A DNA stretch of 64,000 nucleotides from Macrostomum lignano (Eukaryota), in the NCBI GenBank assembly GCA_002269645.1, contig NIVC01001028.1, positions 61,462-125,461 on the forward strand, read 5' to 3'. This document shows, one piece after another, positions 13,150-24,100 of the stretch. The notes under the pieces are model-generated. The model was not told the DNA's origin. It saw only the letters and a list, made by a program, of their open reading frames with translations, and searched no databases. Numbering within the stretch: the first letter of the stretch is position 1; each line of letters starts with the position of its first letter. The position numbers and the translations under genes were made by a program.

Positions 13150-13490
13150 GCATGAAGAAGTAGAATTTGCAACTTGCTACTAATAGGCACTATCATTGGT
13201 AGAATAGGCACTATCACTACTAAAATGGATGCTGTCACTAGTAGCTTGGGCATTGTTACTGGCAAAATTGATGCTATCACTAGCAGAATGGGTGCTATCA
13301 CCAATAGAATTGGTACTATCACTGGCAAAATAGGTGCTATCACTAGTAGAATGAGCATTGTCACCATTAGAATAGGTACTATCATGGGTAGAATAGGTGC
13401 CATCACAAGTAGCATAGGTGCTGTCACTGGTAAAATGGGTGCCATCATTAGCAAAATGGGTGCCATTATTAGAAGAGTAAGGTGCTATCA
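13150..13490. repeat. Degenerate 21-bp minisatellite (GCTATCACTAGCAGAATGGGT-like)
   Basis: The heptad periodicity of the ORF-track translations reflects a 21-nt unit. Confidence 0.75.
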
Positions 13491-14332
13491 TCTGCATTAG
13501 TTAGAAGACAAGACTCAAAAGTGTTGCTTATAACTTTTAATATAGATATTAGCTTTTCCCAGCCTGATATGCTGGCTTTTAGAAGCTCTGCTTTCTTTTG
13601 AAAGATTTTGGTCCCAGAACTTTCTTTCATGTTTCTAGAAGCTTGTATAGCCTCCAGAGGCATTTATTTATTTTATATTGCTCACCATCAAAATTTGTTG
13701 CCTCAATTGTTTGCCTTGTTTATTAATAATTCATATGGGACTTGCGCTTGTCTCTAAAATATCTATAAAAGACACAGTAGGGCACAGTAAAGTAGTAAAG
13801 GCACAAAGAGACAGTGAAGCTCATCTGTAAAAAAAACAAGAGTTTAAAAGCAACCTAGATTTTTAATTCATATGTAGCCTATATTCTTACTAATTTATAT
13901 TCTTAGCATGTGTATTGCATACCCCTTTCATAAATTACATAATCTTTCTCTATTTGCATTTCATCTATAAAATTAAATTGCAATGCTTATATAAAGAGCT
14001 TTGCTGAAAAGAATAAGGTTAAGTGACTAAAGCGAGGCAACGGTTTGCTTTTGGTTTCATTGTTATTGAATATTTGTTGGAATGGTTGTTATATATTTAT
14101 AGGCTATGAATAGCTTACTGGAAAAAATTAGAAAGATTTTGAATATCTTATACATAGTATTGAATTAATCATCGTGAATACTGTTACTTTATGCTATTTT
14201 ATGACAGTAAATTGTCAAAAGATACATGCTCAAACTCAGAATGCATATAAAAACATGTGGAATCTTATTTGTGCAATGTTGAAAAAGTATGTATAGAAAT
14301 TTTTGTCATTCTTCTCAAATCAGTTTCTTGAC

Positions 14333-15178
14333 ATGCTTCAGGATGCATACAAGCCAGTTTTACTAAATCGAGACGTTGTCTTGCACAACCAGCAATTAGT
14401 GCAGCATCACCAGCTGCATCAGCAGTCTCAGTTGCCTCTGTCACATCAGCAGCATCAGCATCAGCATCACCAGCAGCCTCTGCAGCAGGCCATACCGCAT
14501 CAGTTGCAGCAGCAATTACCCCAGCAGCCTAATCCAGCTGCCAGCCAGCAGCTCCAGAATCCCGCAGCCGCATTCAATTTTGGCGATTTATTAATAGGCA
14601 ACTTTCGTATTAGCTTTGCCCCAGTTTACACTTGCAACATCTGCGAGAGGTCGTTTGGCGATCGGGCATCGTTTGAGAGGCACAACGTCATACACGATCC
14701 GCTGACTATGGGCCAGCCTAGACAGCAGCAGGGACAGGGTCAGAGTCAGCAGCAACAGCAGCAGCATCAGCCACAGCAGCCAAGTCAGCAGCAACAGCAG
14801 CAGCATCAGCAGCCTCCGCAGCAAGATGATCCAGACAAGCCTTACAAATGCGATGTCTGCTACAAGCAGTTTAAACAGAAAACTCACCTGAGCCATCATT
14901 TGATGACGCATTCTGGCGCTCGGCCTTTCAAATGCACCTCGTGCGATCGATCGTTTCCGCATCAATACTCGCTGAGTCGGCACATGATGAAACATTCCGA
15001 TCAGCGACCGTTTCCTTGCGTCCATTGTGATAAATCGTTTCGTCAGAAAGTGCACCTGGACTCGCATCTGCGCACGCACAGCGGGCATAAACCATTTGCT
15101 TGCAGATTCTGTCCAAAGCAGTTCACCCACCGCTATTCGTTGGATAGGCATGTCAATCAGTTGCATCCGCTTACCTAA
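14333..15178 (+). CDS. C2H2 zinc-finger transcription factor with poly-Gln/His tracts (5 fingers)
   Basis: One isolated finger (YTCNICERSF...RHNVIH) plus four tandem fingers joined by HSGARPF, HSDQRPF and HSGHKPF linkers. First in-frame ATG at 14333; an upstream exon is possible. Confidence 0.9.
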   Translation: MLQDAYKPVLLNRDVVLHNQQLVQHHQLHQQSQLPLSHQQHQHQHHQQPLQQAIPHQLQQQLPQQPNPAASQQLQNPAAAFNFGDLLIGNFRISFAPVYTCNICERSFGDRASFERHNVIHDPLTMGQPRQQQGQGQSQQQQQQHQPQQPSQQQQQQHQQPPQQDDPDKPYKCDVCYKQFKQKTHLSHHLMTHSGARPFKCTSCDRSFPHQYSLSRHMMKHSDQRPFPCVHCDKSFRQKVHLDSHLRTHSGHKPFACRFCPKQFTHRYSLDRHVNQLHPLT

Positions 15179-15311
15179 TGTTCAAACAATATTTTTTCTT
15201 AAATTCACGCGTTTTATCACAAATTTCAAGTACAAAGACGTACAAACGTGCAAAAAGGACAACTTGATTGCAAACGTATTTACAGTGAGAAAATTCGTTT
15301 CTAGATAAACG

Positions 15312-15580
15312 GTCACGTGAATGCATTGCTCTCAGTCAATATTACTGAAACAGTTGTCACGTGACTGCTCTCAGCCAATAGAACTGAAACAGTTTGTCAC
15401 GTGACTGCTCTCAGCCAATGGAACTGAAACAGTTTGTCACGTGACTGCTCTCAGCCAATGGAACTGAAACAGTTGTCACGTGACTACTCTCAGCCAATGG
15501 AACTGAAACAGTTGTCACGTGACTGCTCTCAGCCAATAGAACTGAAAGTTGTCACGTGACTGCTCTCAGCCGATAGAACT
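15312..15580 (+). repeat. 37-40-bp tandem repeat, 7 copies, each GTCACGTGAC plus CCAAT
   Basis: Unit GTCACGTGACTGCTCTCAGCCAATGGAACTGAAACAGTT(T) at 15312 (degenerate), 15356, 15396, 15436, 15475, 15514 and 15551. Confidence 0.95.
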
Positions 15581-16880
15581 AACTGAAACAAAATAGTACA
15601 AAAACAGGTGTAAAGTCCTGTCCTTTCTGTTTCTTCTAGAATTTAGGCGTCAATTACATATTGTAAAGAAGCCTGTTTTAAGTTGTCATTATGATGCTAA
15701 AGATAAGTCGCTATGGAGATAAGAACATTATGCAACCTAATCATAATTTTATATGTATTTTATTGTTTATTAAGGCTAGCGGGGGCTATGGATGTAAATT
15801 CTAACATGATTGAATAAATAATTCTGTCTTATATTACTATTGCAAAACTCTTAAGCTACTAATTAGTTAGTAGCTTAAGTGTACATTTATTGTATTGTTC
15901 AACTGTATAGTTGCAGTTTTGTAATCTGCACGCGTTTTCTACTACTTAATAATACTCTTTGATTTGTCTGTCCTCTTTTGCGTCCGAGTATAGCGACTGT
16001 AAATTTGTTGTAACTGTTGCTACGAGTATATTTAGTTAAATTCTGCACAAATAACTTTTGCTTGGTTTTATGTATTCGTATATTATAAATATGCTGATGA
16101 TAGTTTAAATCGCCTGTGTACGAACTAAATTGCAAGTACGATTTCATAATTTATTTATTTTGTACATCTCGTCCTTAAACCTGTACTTGTGAACTCTTTT
16201 GCGGCAATAAAAATCGCTTTGTGACTACTTTTCCTGTACTATTCAGTAGTATGTGCGAGTACTGTATGCAATAAATACAATGTGCGTTTTAGAGTCTGGA
16301 TCTCTAGTTATTTTATTAATTAGCGCAAAAATCATACGACTTCAACAGATGGGGATGTCTCTTAAACAATTGGTCACTAACAATGTCTATATTGTGTGTT
16401 ATTTGTCATTTTATAGGTACTTTATCGTGTTAAATAATTCTTACTATATATTTGTTACCTTGATAAAAGTTATGCACTTATGTTTTGTTTTGTCAAATTC
16501 AATATTCGAAATATGCAAAGCGGATTATCTTGGATTTGCTTAACTATATAATAAATAAAGTGCATGTGACCGTGTACTTTTGTATGTTTGATATGTATAT
16601 TTGACCTCGTTATGCGAGTTTTCATTTCTTTTTCGAAAATTTTAATAAACAGGTATAGGAATTTATTAAGGCATGTACACACTGTACCTTGCGGGTTTAC
16701 TCTTGTGTTTATATTTATCGTAAAGGAGAAGTCCCTTACAAGAAATTAACCAATAATCCAAGTTTATAAGTAATGCGAAGTTCCCTTATTTATGTATCTA
16801 ATACAGTCGGCTATATGCTAGAAATGCTCTCTGTGTGGCAAATAAATAATTATAATAAACTGCAGTAATGGCGCAGTGGC

Positions 16881-16882
<2 letters not shown>

Positions 16883-16964
<82 letters not shown>
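16883..16964. repeat. (GA)n microsatellite
   Basis: About 41 perfect GA units. Confidence 0.98.
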
Positions 16965-16966
<2 letters not shown>

Positions 16967-17585
16967 TTCGCATTTCAAATCAAATGTGCAGGTTGCTTTT
17001 TTGTTATTGATCTTGGCTAAGCCAGCTAGCTATTACTAGTGTTGGCACACAGGATATGACTTAACTATATACATGTATGACTGTATATTAATTTTTCACT
17101 CACGTTCTAGCTAGATATAGCTGCCTTTAGGTAAGCCAAATCTTTCTCTTGCCTATGCGTACAATGTAAATTAACTGCTTCAATAAGCCACTTGCTTTAT
17201 AAACTACATTCGAGACAGAGGGTCCTATAGCTGGAATCCACTATTTTTAATCTAAACTAGCTTACTAGCTGTATACAAATAAGTCAGTGTACAAATTTAA
17301 TATTGCACAACTATACTTGATGCGCTACTCCTTTTCACTTCACAGCTTCAAATAAGTGCAGCGTACGTGTCCTGGTAGCTACTGTTGCTGCTGACACAAC
17401 TTCTAGCAAAGTTCCTAGAGACTTGGTTTTCTGTCTTTCTTGTTATTGAATTCCAAGCGAAAACCTACGCATGTCAAATCGTGAGTAACCCTCTGGCTAA
17501 ATAAAATTTAAATAACTGGTGAACAATCGATTCAAATATTATATCTGGAATGCAACAGGGTTTTAATCAGAGTCTCTAGATGTGA

Positions 17586-17880
17586 TGGACAGGCTATCGA
17601 AATATCTAGATTTAGTGGACAGTATCAAAATATCTAGATTCAGTGGACAATCTATCATCAAAATATCTAGATTTAGCGGACAGTCTATCGAAATATCTAG
17701 ATTTAGTGGACAGTCTATCGAAATATCTAGATTTAGTGGACAGTCTATCGAAATATCTAGATATAGTGGACAGTCTATCGAAATATCTAGATTTAGTGGA
17801 CAGTCTTTTGAAATATCTAGATTTAGTGGACAGTCTTTTGAAATATCTAGATGCGATGGACAGTTTATCCAAAGGTTCTG
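17586..17880. repeat. 30-bp minisatellite (TCTATCGAAATATCTAGATTTAGTGGACAG)
   Basis: About 9 copies, ending about 110 bp before the first visible RhoGAP exon. Confidence 0.95.
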
Positions 17881-17995
17881 ATGTGGTTAACAGTCTATCA
17901 AAATATTTAGGTCCAGTTGACATTATATCTTCGAAATCTCTAGATGTAATGAGCAGTCTAAGATAGACAATCTTAACAAAAAATAAACCTCTCAG

Positions 17996-18142
17996 AGTCC
18001 GAGACAGCAACAGCGGAGCATGAGCAGCAGCAGTCTCAGCAATTAGAAGCTAGCGGCAGCGCAATCATAGATGTTGACCATGATTTTGCCGAGCCTGAGC
18101 TGGAGTTTGATGAGTCAGGTCTGGAACTGACCGAGAATGAAG
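17996..18142 (+). CDS. ARHGAP1: RhoGAP exon (HEQQQSQQ...[15 protein letters not shown])
   Basis: CTCTCAG acceptor and G|GTAAAT phase-1 donor. EPELEFD is typical of the family N-terminus. Confidence 0.7.
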
Positions 18143-21100
18143 GTAAATTTGTCAAAATAACGATTTTACCTTGTTATAATAGCTCATGCTTTCGAAGGAC
18201 AACTTCTAAGTAGCTAACTGGGAAACTTTCGTTTCTTAGAAAAAATTATTTAAATTTCATTGCTTCGAAAAAAAGTAAAAAACTTCTATCCTTGGCGCAA
18301 AACATTGAAAAAAGCAATTATTTCACACTTAAGTTGTAAAAAACTGAAACATCTACTCTTTTTTCAGTAGTTTTTCTGCACAGTGTCGCTTAAGTTTTAC
18401 GTGGAAGCTAAAATTTCCTTTCCTTCCTTAGGATTTGCGGACTACGGAGCATAATGGGGTTAAGAATGAACAGCAAGCATCTAACTCGATGTACACAAGT
18501 AAACACTTAGAGTGTTAGATAGATGGATAAAACTCAGTCTAGGAGCAAGCCAATGAGAGAGCAGTAGGGAGAAAAGCCAAAGTCAGACGGACGAAACTCA
18601 CCATAGGGGGCAGGCCCGATCTAGCTCAGCCAATGAGAGAGCAGTAAGGAGAGAGGTTAAAGTCAGACGGACGAAGCTCACCATAAGGGCAGGCCCAATC
18701 TAGCTCAGCCAATGAGAGAGCAGTAAGGAGAGAGTTCAAACTCAGAAGCGGCAAAGAGGAAAGCCCAACTGTTTGGGGCACTGATGAACGGAGGTTTTGG
18801 TGTGTGTTGTCGTTTGTAGGCTTCGATAAGGAAGGATTGGACTTCTAGGGTAAATTTAAATTTCCTACTGAACTTACTCAAAGCCCTTGCCAAGTATCAA
18901 ACAAGCCACTCAGGGGAACTTCGTCTGCCAGACTGTCCCACGAATAGGGCCTGGGCGAAAGAGTAGTTAGATTCGTAGCTGAACAGCCTGTGAAACAGTG
19001 CTAACGATTATTGCCATACAACTGTTTTGGCTTCCTTGCTAACGGATCTACTTCGTAACGCTAATTTACTTTTCTATTTCGTAGTTGTGTATTTTTTGTT
19101 GAAGCCAGTTTTTAAAGTATATTTTCTAAGAAACAAAGTTTTTCGTCATTTTACTCAAAATCGTCCTTCATATTCGTATAGACTACTATCAGTAATTTGG
19201 GAGCATACGCACTTTCAGCAGCTAAGGCATTTAGCAAAACCGGTACTACTGGTAAGCCTATGTGTTGGCAAGTATAGTTCAATAGAAATATTTTTATTTT
19301 ATCAATAGTTATTAAATATACTAATTGCATGCAAAATAACTGTTTTGAAATGAGTGGCTGACTATGCTATTATATTGTGTGCGTATTTTTATGCCTTACT
19401 TTATGTCAGCACTTCTGTCATGAAATATTACCAGTTAATTTACTTAGTAGCTATTTATTCAATATGTTGTATTGCTTTTTTGAGTTTAATCTGACTGTGA
19501 CTACTGAAAGTAGAGTTGCATCAAGCAGGAAGTTTCCATAGCAAGTACAGTTAAAATGTGATTAGTATTTTTCGATGAGAAGTTTTACTTAAGTCAAGAG
19601 CGATTAAACTTTATAAATAATGATTCGTTTAGCCTTTGATGTGACAATTTTGTGTGCACGCCAGAATTTATACAATTTATACGCCAGCATATGTGTTTGA
19701 ATACTAATTCTTGGCATGTATTGTTGATTAATGATTTTGTTGATTTTCTGTTCTATTTATTTATAATTCCTGTTCCTGTAGTAGTTGCAATATTCAGTAT
19801 GGAAAATGTGTGTAATTTTCCGCAACAACCCCGTTAAATATAGCTTTCGATATTTTCGAGTACTATGACGGTAAGTCCAGCAACGGACCCACACAATCGT
19901 AAGGTTAAAATTATAGTTATGCACCTCATGCACACTTGACAAGCTGGCTTAATTAATGTATACTGTACTATAATGGTCTATGGTTTATTTTTTGGAGCAA
20001 AAAACAATTTGTTCACTTCACTGCACCCGCTGCGTCGCATGCGTCTGTTTTTATAGCTTACATCCGAAGCTATTTGACCATATATAGTAATGCTGTTTAC
20101 TTATCTGTTCCACTTATTATTTATTACTTATGCAAACTCATCGCGTGACTATTTTATCATTCACAAGCTGCCACTGCCGATGCTATTATAGTACATGCAT
20201 CCTAGCTCACTAGTGCCGGTTCAAATTACTTTTTTTGGTGTTTGCGGTAGAATTATTGGGTTCGTTCATTGTTCAATTCGCGCCTATGATAAAGTTAGGG
20301 CCCCTTTAGGGCCCCTTTGTGGGGTTTCATATCTACGAAGTTTCATCTCAGAAACTTCAGATCTCTGTTAGGTTTAAGGTTGAGCTTGTCGGAGATGTGA
20401 AGTGTCGGAGATATGAAGTGTCAGAGATATGAAGTGTCGGAGATATGCACTGTCGGAGATATGAATTGTCGGAGATATGCACTGTCGGAGATATGAAGTG
20501 TCGGAGATATGCACTGTCGGAGATATGAAGTGTCAGATATGGAGTGTCGGAGATATGAAGTGTCGGAGATATGAAGTGTCGGAGATATGAAGTGTCGGAG
20601 ATATGAAGTGTCAGAGATATGGAGTGTCAGAGATATGGAGTGTCAGAGATATGAAGTGTCGGAGATATGAATTGTCGGAGATATGCACTGTCGGAGATAT
20701 GAATTGTCGGAGATATGCACTGTCGGAGATATGAATTGTCGGAGATATGAAGTGTCGGAGATATGAAGTGTCAGAGATATGGAGTGTCGGAGATATGAAG
20801 TGTCGGAGATATGAAGTGTCGGAGATATGAAGTGTCGGAGATATGAAGTGTCAGAGATATGGAGTGTCAGAGATATGGAGTGTCAGAGATATGAAGTGTC
20901 GGAGATATGAATTGTCGGAGATATGCACTGTCGGAGATATGAATTGTCGGAGATATGAAGTGTCGGAGATATGAAGTGTCAGAGATATGGAGTGTCGGAG
21001 ATATGAAGTGTCGGAGATATGAAGTGTCGGAGATATGAAGTGTCGGAGATATGAAGTGTCAGAGATATGAAGTGTCGGAGATATGAATTGTCGGAGATAT

Positions 21101-24100
21101 GCACTGTCGGAGATATGAATTGTCGGAGATATGCACTGTCGGAGATATGAATTGTCGGAGATATGAAGTGTCGGAGATATGAAGTGTCAGAGATATGGAG
21201 TGTCGGAGATATGAAGTGTCGGAGATATGAAGTGTCGGAGATATGAAGTGTCGGAGATATGAAGTGTCGTAGATATGTAATGTCGGAGATTATGGAGTTT
21301 CGGAGAAATGAAGTGTCGGAGTTATGAAGTGTCGGAGATATGGAGTGTCGGAGTTATGAAGTGTCGGAGATATGAAGTGTCGGAGATATGAAGTGTCGGA
21401 GATATGAAGTGTCGGAGATATGAAGTGTCGGAGATATGAAGTGTCGGAGATATGGAGTGTCGGAGATATGAGTGTCGGAGATATGAAGTGTCGGAGATAT
21501 GAAGTGTCGAGATATGAAATGTCGGAGATATGAATTGTCGGAGATATGAAGTGTCGGAGATATGCAGTGTCGGAGATATGAATTGTCGGAGATATGAAGT
21601 GTCGGAGATATGGAGTGTCGGAGTTATGAAGTGTCGGAGATATGAAGTGTCGGAGATATGAAGTGTCGGAGATATGAGTGTCGGAGATATGAAGTGTCGG
21701 AGATATGAAGTGTCGAGATATGAAATGTGGAGATATGAAGTGTCGGAGATATGAAGTGTCGGAGATATGCATGTCGGAGATATGAATTGTCGGAGATATG
21801 AAGTGTCGGAGATATGAAGTGTCGGAGATATGGAGTGTCGGAGATATGAAGTGTCGGAGATATGAAGTGTCAGAGATATGGAGTGTCGGAGATATGAAGT
21901 GTCGGAGATATGAGTGTCGGAGATATGAGTGTCGGAGATATGAAGTGTCGTAGATATGAATTGTCGGAGATATGAAGTGTCGGAGATATGAAGTGTCAGA
22001 GATATGGAGTGTCGGAGATATGAAGTGTCGGAGATATGAAGTGTCGGAGATATGGAGTGTCGGAGATATGAAGTGTCGGAGATATGAAGTGTCGGAGATA
22101 TGAAGTGTCAGAGATATGGAGTGTCGGAGATATGAAGTGTCGGAGATATGAAGTGTCGGAGATATGAAGTGTCAGAGATATGGAGTGTCGGAGATATGAA
22201 GTGTCGGAGATATGAAGTGTCGGAGATATGAAGTGTCGGAGATATGAAGTGTCGGAGATATGAAGTGTCGGAGATATGAAGTGTCGGAGATATGAAGTGT
22301 CGGAGATATGGAGTGTAGGAGATATGAAGTGTCGGAGATATGAAGTGTCGTAGATATGAAATGCTGGAGATATGAATTGTCGGAGATATGAAGTGTCGGA
22401 GATATGCACTGTCGGAGATATGAATTGTCGGAGATATGAAGTGTCGGAGATATGAAGTGTCAGAGATATGGAGTGTCGGAGATATGAAGTGTCAGAGATA
22501 TGGAGTGTCAGAGATATGGAGTGTCAGAGATATGAAGTGTCGGAGATATGAATTGTCGGAGATATGCACTGTCGGAGATATGAATTGTCGGAGATATGCA
22601 CTGTCGGAGATATGAAGTGTCGGAGATATGAAGTGTCAGAGATATGGAGTGTCGGAGATATGAAGTGTCGGAGATATGAAGTGTCGGAGATATGAAGTGT
22701 CATAGATATGTAATGTCGGAGATTATGAAGCGTCGGAGTTATGAAGTGTCGGAGATATGGAGTGTCGGAGTTATGAAGTGTCGGAGATATGAAGTGTCGG
22801 AGATATGAAGTGTCGGAGATATGAAGTGTCGGAGATATGAAGTGTCGTAAATATGAAATGCTGGAGATATGAATTGTCGGAGATATGAAGTGTCGGAGAT
22901 ATGCACTGTCGGAGATATGAATTGTCGGAGATATGAAGTGTCGGAGATATGAAGTGTCTGAGATATTGAGTGTCGGAGATATGAAGTGTCGGAGATATGA
23001 AGTGTCGGAGATATGAAGTGTCGGAGATATGAAGTGTCAGAGATATGGAGTGTCGGAGATATGGAGTGTCGGAGATATGAAGTGTCGTAGATATGTAATG
23101 TCGGAGATTATGGAGTGTCGGAGATATGAAGTGTCGGAGATATGGAGTGTCGGAGATATGAAGTGTCGTAGATATGAAATGCTGGAGATATGAATTGTCG
23201 GAGATATGCACTGTCGGAGATATGAATTGTCGGAGATATGAATTGTCGGAGATATGAAGTGTCGGAGATATGAAGTGTCAGAGATATGGAGTTTCGGAGA
23301 TATGAAGTGTCGGAGATATGAAGTGTCGGAGATATGAAGTGTCATAGATATGCACTGTCGGAGATATGAATTGTCGGAGATATGAAGTGTCGGAGATATG
23401 AAGTGTCAGAGATATGGAGTGTCGGAGATATAAAGTGTCGGAGATATGAAGTGTCGGAGATATGAAGTGTCGGAGATATGGAGTGTCGGAGATATGGAGT
23501 GTCGGAGATATGAAGTGTCGGAGATATGGAGTGTCGGAGATATGAAGTGTCGGAGATATGAAGTGTCGTAGATATGAAATGCTGGAGATATGAATTGTCG
23601 GAGATATTGTCGGAGATATGAAGTGTCGGAGATATGAAGTGTCGGAGATATGGAGTGTCAGAGATATGGAGTGTCGGAGATATGGAGTGTCGGAGATATG
23701 GAGTGTCGGAGATATGGAGTGTCAGAGATATGGAGTGTCGGAGATATGGAGTGTCAGAGATATGGAGTGTCGAAGATATGAAGTGTCGGAGATATGGAGT
23801 GTCGGAGATATGGAGTGTCGGAGATATGGAGTGTCGGAGATATGAAGTGTCGGAGATATGAAGTGTCGGAGATATGGAGTGTCGGAGATATGAAGTGTCG
23901 GAGATATGAAGTGTCGTAGATATGAATTGTCGGAGATATGAAGTGTCGGAGATATGCACTGTCGGAGATATGAATTGTCGGAGATATGAAGTGTCGGAGA
24001 TATGAAGTGTCAGAGATATGGAGTGTCGGAGATATGAAGTGTCGGAGATATGAAGTGTCGGAGATATGAAGTGTCGGAGATATGGAGTGTCGGAGATATG

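Noticed and set aside
13122-13500. Heptad-repeat ORFs resembling antifreeze or mucin proteins
   Set aside because: Products of a degenerate 21-bp minisatellite, open on both strands.
14591-15166. 191-aa minus-strand ORF
   Set aside because: Antisense shadow of the GC-rich zinc-finger gene.
16868-16990. ATGGCGCAGTGG... as the RhoGAP start exon (MAQWLERERE...)
   Set aside because: Runs into a GA microsatellite, with no convincing phase-compatible donor.
17582-18010. Decapeptide-repeat ORFs (ISRFSGQSIE, SKYLDLVDSL)
   Set aside because: Products of a 30-bp minisatellite.
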